Assembly: GCA_010093705.1 (NCBI GenBank)
Contig: MU006094.1
Coordinates: forward strand, 1,153,550-1,217,549
Source of the DNA: Patellaria atrata CBS 101060
Taxonomy: Eukaryota
Direction: 5' to 3'
Length of the DNA stretch: 64,000 nucleotides
Within the stretch, counting starts at the first letter, position 1; every line of letters begins with the position of its first letter. Positions 51,565 through 63,600 of the stretch are shown here, in pieces. The notes under the pieces were generated by a model that worked only from the letters and a program-made list of their open reading frames with translations, ran no database searches and was not told the DNA's origin. Position numbers and translations under genes: made by a program.

Positions 51565-52974
51565 ATGGCTACTGCGAAGCCTCTTCTGCGAAGCCTCCTC
51601 TTCCTTGCACTCTTCGTAGTGGCCTGTTACGCTCGAAGAAGCAATTCCAGTAATGAGCAGTCCTCAAGCTGCGGGAACGACGGCGGATTACAACACTTCT
51701 CAGCCTCAAAGAGAGTTGACGGGTGGGTGAGCCAACCTAATTATCGAGGAACGTTTGATATCCTCTGGACCTGTCTAGTTACTATATTTATCAGCACATA
51801 TAATATGTTGTGTCTCAACGTTCCAGCCCCTCAAGACAGCTTCGCAAGAAAATTCGGTCGTCGCTTCCTGTGGATGGGTTTGGGTATCCTTGGCCCTGAG
51901 TTTCCTCTCACATATGCAGCTGGGCAATGGAGCAGAGCTAAACACTCGATGAGAGCCTTCCACACCTCCGGTTATAATGACTGGCATATGCGTCAAGCTT
52001 TCTTTGCGGACATGGGCGGTTTTGTTTTCCACACTCGAAACAGCAAGCCATTCCCTCTGAATGCAAACCAACTGCATTGGCTCGTCACTAACAATTTCGT
52101 TGAATACCCTGCCATCACTCGAGAAGAAATCTGGGATAAGTCTAAACAAGACACGTTCACGAAAATCATCACAGCCTTCCAAATTTGCTACTTAGTCGTC
52201 CAATGTATTGCTCGTGCAAGTCAAAATCTAGCTATTACGACATTGGAGCTGAACGCATTAGCAATTGTCACCTGCTCCCTCATGACATCCTTTGTCTGGC
52301 TTCACAAACCTGCGGATGTCCAGACTTCCGTCCACATCTACTCGTCACATTCTCTTTCCGATATCACACTAGATCGACCCTGGCGCTTGACACCCCTCGA
52401 TTTTGTTGATGAGAACGGCCCAGGGTATTCAGTAAACGTACAACCTTTCATGAGAATGCCGGTTATACCCCACGAACGGCCTATCCAGCGAATACCGAAC
52501 GATAGATTTCCGATGAATCCATACGGCATACAAGAATACTTTCTATGCTTTGCGACCTTGCTATTCACAGCAATACACGTCGCTGGATGGAACTTTGACT
52601 TCCCTACAACCGTCGAACAACTTCTTTGGCGTATCTCATCGTTACTACTTTTCAGTATAACTGTCGCTTTTTGGGTTTTCGAAACAGTAGCATCTTGGAC
52701 TCGGTTAGGCAGATGGAAGACTCTCTATCTTTTTTTCTTCAATTTTGGGGCGTTACATGCTCATAAGATCGCCATGGAACGGAAGAACACGACTATAAAG
52801 AGGGAGTCGGCTCAACTGCCACTACCATGGGAATTTGCGACGATCATGCCTTTGGCGATAATATACGGTGTTGCCGGGTTGTATTTGCTTGGAGAGGCAT
52901 TTGCGGAGTTGAGGAATATTGAAGGTACGGCGTACGTCAATGTTAACTGGACGGATTTCATACCTCATATCTAA
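51565..52974 (+). CDS. Fungal multi-pass membrane protein of unknown function (intronless)
   Basis: Signal-like N-terminus, GWVSQPNYRGTFDILWTC, FFADMGG, EIWDKSKQD, LELNALA, WLHKP and HVAGWNFDFPTTVEQLLWR. This motif set is typical of a large fungus-specific membrane family. Confidence 0.85.
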   Translation: MATAKPLLRSLLFLALFVVACYARRSNSSNEQSSSCGNDGGLQHFSASKRVDGWVSQPNYRGTFDILWTCLVTIFISTYNMLCLNVPAPQDSFARKFGRRFLWMGLGILGPEFPLTYAAGQWSRAKHSMRAFHTSGYNDWHMRQAFFADMGGFVFHTRNSKPFPLNANQLHWLVTNNFVEYPAITREEIWDKSKQDTFTKIITAFQICYLVVQCIARASQNLAITTLELNALAIVTCSLMTSFVWLHKPADVQTSVHIYSSHSLSDITLDRPWRLTPLDFVDENGPGYSVNVQPFMRMPVIPHERPIQRIPNDRFPMNPYGIQEYFLCFATLLFTAIHVAGWNFDFPTTVEQLLWRISSLLLFSITVAFWVFETVASWTRLGRWKTLYLFFFNFGALHAHKIAMERKNTTIKRESAQLPLPWEFATIMPLAIIYGVAGLYLLGEAFAELRNIEGTAYVNVNWTDFIPHI

Positions 52975-53818
52975 AGAGTGATCCTTATTGACTCAAATGA
53001 ACGCTCCTTTCATGCTAGGGTGCTCAATATGATGCGGTGTCCTCTTTACTTACTGTACCATACACTTATACCGAAAGCACCCCGAACCTTGCGAAAACCC
53101 GAAGAGGAAGAGTAGTGAGCTTGTCTTCGGGGCCTTAAAACAGATCTCGGTAATTGGTACCGAAACACTGGAGCCCACAAAGCTTTGTAAAGAACATCAC
53201 GTGGGGTTCTAAGAAAAATTACACGTAGACACAAAAAGTTTCGTGGAAAACAAAGATAGTGTTATTTTGCTTCAGCCACTGTATCATATGGCATGAAGGA
53301 CATAATTTATAGTACATTATCCAGTGTCAACGGCCGTACAATACAGGTAGCTGAAAGATGTTTACCTTTGCCACCTCAAGGGCAATGATAGAAAAGATCA
53401 AGATGGACGGTGCAAAACAGATGGACTACAAGAGGACGATACTGTAAGGCCAAAGGATAATAGTAAAAGTCATAAAACCGCATTTCGCTGATTTGTTTCG
53501 GCTATTCGTAGTGTTGCTAGGTAAATGCACGCATATGAAGAAGCGTCATCCTTCCGATCTCCAACTTCACCCACTCCCTCGTCCCGACAGTATCCGGTCT
53601 ATACTCTCGATTCTCGTAGAATTTTCCAAGGGGCGTACCGCGCACTCCAGGAGAGTCCAAGCTCACCTTATATGCTTGCAGTAAATTCAAAATGTTCTCG
53701 TCGTGGGATTTGAAATCATGAATTGGCTTGGACTGCTGAATTATGGTATACAACCACACTGGCCCCTATTATTAAGTAGATCAGCGTTTCTCGTAGCTCT
53801 TCGCTCCCCTTTTCAGAT

Positions 53819-54536
53819 TCAACTCACCCGTTTATGATAGATTGGAGCCAAGCCATCCTTTACCGCCTTACTTAATTCGTATCTATGGCCATCGCTCATA
53901 ATACGCATCATGACCATAGGATTCTTGTTCTTGAGCTCTGCTTTCTCCTCAGTCGTCAGCTCTGCATTCTTCTCTACCTCCTTTTGTGAACCTAATGGCT
54001 CTACACCGGCTGGCCAACACAATTTATTGCCCTCCATGGCAGCCCACTGTTGTTTGTTCAGAGGTCTATTATTCTTGTCTACCCCAGTCCACTCGTGCGC
54101 GGTCTGCAAGACTTTGATGGCCTTTAGTTGAGCGGTAAGGCAGACCTCAGTCGCATCTGGATCAGGTTTTGAGCCCGGATCAGACTTCGTAGCGGATCCC
54201 GCATCAGTAAGGGATGCAAAGAGTGGCATCTTTGCTTCTTTAGGTTCCAGACTTGGAGCCAATTGGCATATCTTCCGGTAGACTGCTAAGGGGAGGTCTA
54301 GATCTCCGATACTGCGTGCTGGGACAGTCCTAGTGTCCAGCATTTGGTCGGCCCATCTTTGCAAGAAGTCTTTGAGCTCTAATGATTGCCATTAGGTCAC
54401 ATTCAGAATGTGAATGTATGCATGACACAGACTCACCCTTCTTCTGCTGGGAGTTCTCGTTCACCGACTTGAACCAATTAACCGCGTCTGCTTTTACAGC
54501 CCTTGCCCACTCTGCTTGATTCGTATAGGTAGTCAT
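53819..54536 (-). CDS. Hypothetical soluble protein (~220 aa, 2 exons)
   Basis: MTTYTNQAEWARAVKADAVNWF...QQKKE|LKDFLQRWADQML..., joined by a clean GTGAGT..TAG intron at ~54379-54437. Confidence 0.7.
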
Positions 54537-55875
54537 AATTAAGAAGATACGTGATGGTTGGATGTAACGGTACTGGTTCGCTGGTGCGCGTTTTTGTTCA
54601 ACTCAAGCTGATAGCATCAATTGAATAGATCCAAGTCTACGAGTGGCCTCAACTGAAGAAGCAAGTTTGCTCGGCCCAAGAATCAACTTCACTTTATACA
54701 TTACTCTGTACCTTAGTAGGAGGCAGGAGGGTTGATTCAGGAATCTCATGCTTCTAGCCCTTCAGCCACTATATTTTCGAAGGATGTAAACAGCAGCATT
54801 GAGCTCCTTAATCGATAGACTAATGCAACAAATTTGATGCTGAGAAATTTCGCCGGAACATGACCATCGCGGGAATAGGTAGAGAGCTATCTAAAACCAC
54901 CTCAAGACAGTGATCTAGGTGATCTATGCAACATACCCCTATCATCGCCCCACAACTCTACAGCCACGCCGAGAAGGAATCTCGAACATCTATATACGGA
55001 ATTGGGATATTTTTATATACCTTTCAGCTGGAACTGTCGAAGCCTCTATAGAATCAACACGTGTTTGAGGGGAAACCAACCTTGGCTTCTAAAACATTCT
55101 CGTGGCTTCATCATTAACAGCTGAAGTGGGATTTTTAAGGTATCTACTAAATCTGACATCTAGGTTAGACTCGCTTAATATATGTAATGTAGAAACAGTA
55201 AGAACTCCACGTATTGTCACCCGAGGGGATAAGGTAGTGTCGGCTAACCCAAGGGGGTATTGGTTTGCTCAAAGTTGTCCGAGCTCAAAAGATAGTAGAG
55301 CGCTAGAACGACTACGATTAGAGTATTGCCCCCTTAGGTTTCCAACAGCCAGCCACGTATGTGGTGGTCGAGACATATAAGGGCACTTATAGGAGGTTGG
55401 TTCTAGACTGAAGATCTTTACGCCAGCCGATCTGTGTCTGCACTAGAGCACAGTGCATGGGGAAGTAGAAAATACAAAGGTTGGAGAATCAAGAAATCTG
55501 TCGAAGTGTAAAATCTTAGGATTTGGAACTCATACCGGTGGCTTGATTCTGGACACTCACCTTTCACGAGTTTTCATATGGATAATCCGCTCGGTGGAAG
55601 AGCATTATTGGCATCATTGTTGAATGGAAATATCGAGAATCTCGTGGGTTCATTCGCACGTAGAGCCACGGATTTAGGAGTGATTTTAATCGATAGTGCG
55701 ACTCGAAGTGTAGACAACTCTACTGTGTGTTTATGATTTTATCGGAAAACTCGTAGAACAAAGAATGTACAATTAGGGGCAATTTTACTCCTCTGTGTAC
55801 TTCTCAATGCGTGGTGATAGTGACTAGTTCTGTACTAAAATACTTGCTTATGCTCCTGGTGAAATAAATGGCGTT

Positions 55876-58800
55876 TTAAAGCCTTTGACACTCCAAGAAG
55901 AACATTTCATACACCAGCTTCTGACTTGCAACAATAGTGCGTTGCTTTTCAGTGAGTGCTTTGAATGCATCTGCGTCACTCTTGCCCTGCTCCTGTGATA
56001 GCCCTTGTAACAGGTAGTCTCCCGTATCCCCTTGCCCCCCGTTTGCTACCACATCGACCCTGAATGATACATCCTGGATAGCATACATAGCTTTTCCGAC
56101 CGCTGAAGAGGAAATGGCGGGTAAGGTCGCCAGGTCCTCGAACGCAATTCCTTGGGTTGCCTGTGTACTCATCAACATAGTATTAGGAACAGGATCCTGG
56201 CCCGGCTTTGGCGTTGCAATATTCTCAAATCGAGGCCACGGAAGTTTCATAAACAGTGCACCGTTCTTCAGCTCTGGTGGAATTTGCGCCCTCCGTCGAC
56301 CGAAGACGTCCTCTTTGAAGTCCCGGAATCCGACAGTCTGGTCTTGGAAGATCCAGCAAAGGCGAATGGCATCGCCTTCTTTAATGTTCTCGCCATAGCG
56401 TTTGCCGTCAACTTTAAGTATGCGCCAGTAGTGCGTCTCATCAGAGCTAGACATGCCCGGCAAAAAGACACCCTGCGCGTTACGAAAGACTATAAGAGAA
56501 GCGGGAATCGCGGGTATCGTGGTCAAAGTTTCTGGTTTTGCAGGATCCTTCGCTACTGGTTTGGTCTCTTGAGGTTTCGTTTTGATAATTACTTTAGAGC
56601 CGTGTTGAAGATGTTCGCTGAATGGTGTTGTGATGCTCCAGACTGTGTCAGTGAAAGACTGGTTTAAGCGACTGCTGAAGTCTGCCCGATCACCGGGATA
56701 GCCTAAGATTACAGGTGCTCGATAACTAACATATACGTTAATAGGACGCCGCAGCGAGAAACGGAGGGAGGACTCACGACTGTGGGGAGAAAAGAACTTG
56801 GTCATTGGGATATTCTATCAAATCATCCCAGAACTTATTGGGGTCTTTGATTCCCATAAGACTCGGGGTGACCTTTGCGAAAGGGCTGTGACCAAGATAG
56901 TAGACAGGATTGGGCTGTCCTTTTGCTGCGACAGCCTTCTTTGTATATGAGAGAGAAAGTTGAGTCAAAGGAGTGCTGACTCGCAACCTAACAAACATCT
57001 CCCGCGAAGAATCAGCGGCAATATACTTGCTCAGAGTTGGTACTGCTTGAATAAACAATCGTTTGATAGCGGCATATCCTGGTAATGCTGCGATAACGTC
57101 TATCAAGGGTGATAAAGAGTCCCGTTTGATGACTCGCCAGTTCTTAAACTTCGCAACTGATGGAGCCCAAATCGATGGACTAGAAGCTAAAATAGTCTCT
57201 CCACCGACAGCTTCAAAGACGTGTGTTTCGCTTTTATCAATATTGGTGGTGTTGACTGTTACAGACTTTCCTTTCTCCTGTTCGTGCTTGACGCCGGCCC
57301 CAACACCTATTGGTGTAGATACTTGAAGACCAACCGAGACTTTATATTGCTCCTTTTGTTCTTGCTCACTCATCGTACTTTTCGCGTCCATTATTCTGGT
57401 AGATTGTAGACGCCCACCTACTGTAACCCTTTGACAAAATAACTGACCAAATTCTCGTTGGAGCTTTCTCATGTCATTGACATTCTTCGTAGTAGCAATA
57501 GTTTGAAGTGCAGCAGTAAGTTCAGGGGATGGTTCAAGATCCTCAGCGTGGAGTAGAATGTCTGCGCGAGGAAACTATCTGTGTTTAGCTTAGACTCCTT
57601 ATCTTTACGTGTGGTTATCTTACGAGATATTTTGCTACCATAGTCTTCTTGAAATTGTTTGTAGTATTGACTGAAGACTCGCTCTTGGACTTCGCATAGC
57701 CCGCGCTCACGCTTACCGCGAATCCCGCATACCCACCAGACCTGGGATTCAAATCAGAAATTTCAACTATACCATAGGAGAAGGGTAAAATACATAGATC
57801 CTTCCGTGCTACTATTGCTGAAATCATTTTTTGCCAGACTGTGTTCGAATTCGTGGCTTACGAGTGTGATCTCAACCTTGGAGTCGTCGTTTACAACAAA
57901 AGTAGGGATTCGCGGCCAGATTTTCTTCTTTTGCGACCCTTCCTCACTATTACCTTCGTCTTCGTCCTCATTAGAGGCATCGTTTGAGTAATCCGAGTTA
58001 TCACTAGTCTTAAGAGCGGGTTTGGGAGATGATACGGCTTTCTCATCTGCAGACCTCGCCGGTTGCGCGGGATTTGATAGAGCGTCGGTTCCTTTTGGCT
58101 CAATGTCCCGTAAGAAGTCAGGAATAGACGCAACGGGGTCAACAATTCCCTTCGGGCGCAACCGAAACGCTTCCAGTTCTTAGTCATTTTCTCGACTGAA
58201 ATAATTCAAACTTACCTGGACGCGGTGCACGTGTTATTTCGTTTTTAACGCGGTCTACTACCCACCCATACATGAGACCACATTGACTGATAACAAGTGG
58301 CCAGTCTTTCTCGGTTAATCCTGCTGCAGACCTGGAGAGCCTTGAGCAGTTATATTAAGAATAGAGTGAAAGTACTTACGGTTCATCTGGTGCACTATTG
58401 AGTCTCAGTAATTCATCATCGACTCCCCAACTTCTGTCTTTCCGCTCATCAAATGTCTTTGCTTTTTTACCACCTTCAAAAGCATTCTTGAACAGAATTT
58501 AGCTGTTATGAAGTTGAGAGCATGTGGACTATGAAGAAGACCTACCTCATTCAGTCTCGTCGGCTTGTCCGGATCATATGCTCCTGGGAGCTTTGACATG
58601 TCTACCGCTGGCTGATTCATGGCAGAGTCACGTTTATAAACTACAGTTACCGATGCGATTGGGGCGGTCTTTGAGACCTCTTTAGCATCCAATTTGAGAT
58701 AAGAGGAAAAGGTCATCGTTTCATCCGTGACAGTGACACCCGTAGACGTGCAGAATTTATGAAGTCTTGAGGAAAGGGACCTAGGATGTGTAAGTCTATA

Positions 58801-59641
58801 CCATAGCGATTCAGCTAATAAACTTACATGGGGGAAGATTTCGCAAGTTTCTTCCGTAGACCAGCCAGAGTAACGTCGACAATTTTCTTCTCTCCCAACG
58901 TTGTCGACTGGACGGTGCCACGACTTCTCAGCACGCCCTCTTTCTCGCTAATTTCGCCCTTCTTTTGAGGTTCAATCTCCCACTCCAGCACATTGAGAAG
59001 AAAATCCCCCTTCTCCAAAACCGAAGAAGCAGGTTGACTTGACTCCTCTGATTTTGGAGAAGGACAAATCATGTATACTTTTCGTTCGATAGGTTTATTC
59101 CTCTTTGTTGACTGCGAGTCATTCCCACGCTGTGGGCGAAGAAGATCTGGATCCAAATCTTCATCGACATGCTCGATATATTCCGTGAGAGGGAGAGTTT
59201 CGGCCGCGGGAGACCCATCGGGGTAGCAGAATTTGTGCTCATCAGTACTTTAATATAGTCAGTATATCATAGCTTGATTAAAAAATTAATAGTCCGACCC
59301 ACACTGTACTTCCAAGTTTCGCACGAAGATTCTGCAGCTTCCCATCCCGCACTCTACACGCCTGTAAGCTATATCTCTCACAATATTGTGAATACCTACT
59401 CAGCGATGGGTACTGTAGCCAACACTTTTACTGCTTTTCCTTCGTCTTCTCTCTCGAATTGGACAACCTTCACAACCCTGGAGTATGTCACCGCAGGATT
59501 GGCCCATTTTGTCATCTCCGCAGTCTGCTCCTTCCTCGGGGGTTCAGGTACTGCATCTTTAGGTACTACTTCTGGCCATGCCGCAGTTGTTGATCGTCGA
59601 CCGGCCGGAATGGTCTTATCAGAAGTTTCAGACTTCTTCAT
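55876..59641 (-). CDS. MACPF-like domain protein A (no signal peptide; duplicated N-terminal ubiquitin-like modules; multi-exon)
   Basis: MACPF-type signature FGQLFCQRVTVGG (57413-57451), CGLMYGW, alternating S/T/V-rich segments resembling TMH1/TMH2, and EAVGG...W..SV....NWRVI....LSPL. ORF breaks coincide with GT-AG introns. Confidence 0.8.
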
Positions 59642-60626
59642 TTTGATAATAGAGGGATTGTGCGATAGGCGATGAATTTATTTATTAAAGGATGAAACAA
59701 CGGCAGAAATTGACCAAATGCTGAAAAATTGAAGAACAATATGAGAGATGACATTAAAAGAAAGTGACCATAATGAAATGACTACAATTTGAGCCGTACG
59801 GTTTGCATCAGCATCATAACTATCCTCATGTGCTATCTAGGCATCGTGAGATCTAGATTGCTCCTGTCACAAGCCGTCGATAGTCCCACAAGGTTGCCCA
59901 GCCAGCCACAGAATGGAATATACCGAAACCCAAAAGAGATAATGTAAGGCATTATTGACTGTTCAGAGTTGTTCTGAGATCCGCAATCGTCTAGAACCAA
60001 GCTAAGTAAAGAGCTGAAGTCTTAGAACTAGTTTTAGGAGGTGATCAAACGAAGTAAACGCTACGACTTCGCTTGCCCCGCAATCCGCTCGCTGAATCCC
60101 CTTTGTTAAATTTCCAATCAACAGCTCCATTCGACTCATTTACACTTCTCATCTTCTCCATTCGATGGAAGCTCTAGAGCTGTTTTGGGCCAAGGGGGCG
60201 CCACCTTATGGGCGGAAGAACCTGGAAAGCAGATCTTCTGACTTCAAGATTAGTACAACTACTTCTGCTCAGTTATGGTTTCATATGGTGGCATGGGAGA
60301 AGCCCAAAACATCCACGCTTCATATCGCCGAGAACCATCAATTTTACGAGACGTTGCCACATCCCATGGCTTTCAAAATTCCAGCTGAATGGCGCTTTGG
60401 AACCGTGCTTGAGCCATCGAGCATCATGCATGCAAGCCACGTTCCCTTCCATTTATGTTTTAGTTCTATCTAGAACTGACATCTTGCAATAATCGAGAAT
60501 CATAGCTATGGAGTGTTCAAAAGTCACTTCAAGAGCATCAGTCTTGACCACAATCAAATCTCTCCACTGTCCGCCTCCCTTTCCTCTCTTTCCCTCAGAA
60601 ATACTGTCTGATTACTCAGTTCAAGC

Positions 60627-63600
60627 ATGACACTGCTACTCGCACCATGGACTCCGGCCATGCGGCTGGGCCAGGGGTTCAATTCATTCACTCAGGAATT
60701 GTGTGTCGACCAGGCCGTAGACATCAAACACAACAAGAAAGAAAGAGATACTAGCCCAGCTCAGGTATGTTTTCTCTCAATGGGCTCGACACAGAACTGA
60801 CCTGGGAAGACTGTGTCATACACGGCGAGAGTGGTCGACAAGCTCAGTGATGTCATCGAGAGCATGAATGTTTCATACAGCGCTTCTATCAGAAGAGGAA
60901 CAGTCGAAGTCAGTGGGAACACCAACACGATTGATGAGACTACCTTCAAAGGCTCAGATTTGAATGCAGTCGTATCAGTAAAGGTGGGTTCCAATACAGT
61001 TTAACTTCAATGTCGAGATACTAAGGACTGGTTTTATTTGGTTAGGTTGTCAATGAGACAGTATCCATACCTGATGGATGCAAATTTCTAGAGCTTAAGA
61101 ACGTTCTTCCCGGCAGCTCTAAGTTCAACGAGATTTACGGCGACTGCTATATTTCAGGTTATATCGAAGGTGGTGACTTTACCAGCATCGTCTCGGTAAA
61201 GGTACTAGATAGAAGTAACGTTGACGGTGTAATCAAAAAGTAAGATTAAGTATGAGTAAATAAGATCACGATACTAAGAATTTGGTTCAGAATCAAGGGG
61301 AACATCTCCTCGTCTTCAGAAGAGGAAGTCAATTTTGAGACTCTTCCGGTGGGCTTGACAGACCTCACAAGCAGTCTGAAGGACACTTCACATGAAAAGG
61401 AGACTTCGATTTCCGTTAGTTGGACTGGAGGTGGGAAGATCAAAGATGGTACGACATCAAGCCCCGAGTATCTGATATAATATTAAGTATGTATAGACAC
61501 GAAGAAATGGGATTTGGATTCAGCAATGGCTGCTGCTGCTGCGTTCCCATCCAATGTTGCTAAATGCCCGCAACGAACCTGGGCTATCTTAACTAAATAC
61601 AAAGCGAACCGCTCATTTATCGAATGGTCTAGCAACAGCTTTTCACGTACCCTCGACTACGACCAAGTCAGCAGCTATACTGCAGAGCTTTTCGACAATT
61701 ACATGGATTACAAGCTTTTGCTTAAACTAGTTCAAACAATTATTAACAATCGAGATAGGTACGAAGCACGACGCGGCATTGTTAATGCAATCGATACTAG
61801 TATATCCACGCTTATAAGCGTGCGTTCCGTTCTGAGGGAAGAACAGGCGAAGATAGTTGCGGCAGTAAGTATAATATCTATACAACTTCTGAAAAAGTTT
61901 TAACAATTTCTTAGGTGGAGGTTCTCAGCAAAGACCCTGGAATTCTTGCCCGACAGGCTGGTACAGCTCCCACGAGAAGAGCACAGGTCGTGAACGATAT
62001 TATCAGGTCGACCCTAGGAGATCTTGCCTTCGTACCATACCGCTCGATACCAATTGCACCGCAAAGTCATTCGGCTTCCGCGCAGATAACACAGACTTCG
62101 AGACCCTCCGATGAACCCGATGATTATCTCAGTCCACCACAGAAGAGCGGCGCTTCTACGAACCCTTCTAAACCTGTAGAAGTCGTTGGTTCAACAGACG
62201 ATAAAGCAAGATCTGAAGCTAGCTATGATGTCAGATCGATTAACGAGAGCGACACCGATGCCCTGCCAGATGATTCGCGGAGAAACTCAACTCCAAATGA
62301 GCGACAGCCGTTGAATAATGCACCAGCTAACGGTTCTCTGGCTTCTTCACTGGATGCACCTCCTGATGGACCACCAGCTTCAGTGCCGGATGGACCACCA
62401 GAGAGATCATCTCAAATCGCAGACGGGCCCCCTGATGCACCCCCTGATGCACCGACTGATGCCCCCCCTGACGGTCCACCTGATTTCCGGACACCCAAAG
62501 TTGAAGTGGGTCTTTCAGATGACGCTCCTCCCCAGATCCTAGATGGGCCCCCCAATGGGCCACCATCGACTTTAGGACAAGGCACTTCAGATAAACCCAA
62601 GGCTCTTCAGCAGCCGCTTCCTCCTAAACAAACTTTGGACAGACCCACAACCGAGAATTCCTCTATTAATGGCCCAAAGAGTGAGGAAGTAGACACCGAA
62701 CGCCAATTAATCGAAGCCCGACAGAAAGATGCAACCCCCCCTGAGAAGATATCATCCAAGGGGCAATTGCAGAGTAACAAAGAGATCGAATCTTCAGAGC
62801 AGCACCAGATGAAACAAGGAGCAGACCATCCTCCAGAACTGTTTTTCAACTTCGACGCTTTGATGCCGCCAGAGATCTGGGAAGATCTACTCCCTGTAAG
62901 TGCAGCACTCTTTTGCCAACTCTTTGTTGGATGTTGTCTAACCCCACACAGAAGCCTAAAGAAGATCCTTTGTCCGGACTTAAAGGTTCCACAGTATCCG
63001 CCCTAGGCCTAAACTCATCCAGCATTGGTGGACTTACGGCACAATTCCCCCCACCTCCTGACGACTACATATATCCCGAAGTTAGACTTGCCCAAGGGTT
63101 CCAAGATGAGCTTGCTCAAGCCAAAAAGGCCCAAAACGACGCGGAAGCGGCAGCACTCGCAGCAAAAGCGACCGAGCAACAGGCTCTGCAAGATGCCCAA
63201 ACCGCGAAAGCAGAGAAGGATTCCCTAAACATCGACCTGAGCGCGAAACTTGCAGCGTCTGAGGCAAAGGCATTATCCGCGAATCAAGAGTGGGCCAAAT
63301 CGCTCGAAAGGAACACCGTGCTTCAGCGCGAGGTTGAACAACTGCGCGCACAGAAGAGCACCGCGGAGTCGGAGGCGAATACTTTCAGATCTAAGGCGGA
63401 TGCGGCAAACAACGAGCTGATGGAAAATAAACAGCGACTTGCGACGGTTGAGAACTCACTTCAGCAGGCAAAATCGGAGTTGTTACCCCGCGAGCCGGAT
63501 AATAGGGTCTGGATCGCGTCTATCTATTATGGAAATAAGTTCTATCATGATGCGTGGCTCAACCCCAATGATTGGCTCAAGAGAAAATTCACGGATCTTG

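Noticed and set aside
54900..55700. Possible F-box/LRR-like gene relic (FLRYLLNLTSRLDSLNI, LERLRLEYC)
   Set aside because: The segment is too short and interrupted to support a call without a homology search.
56720..56810. Apparent frameshift between MACPF-A ORFs
   Set aside because: A GTGAGT...TTAAC...TAG intron joins FSPQS to YRAP in frame.
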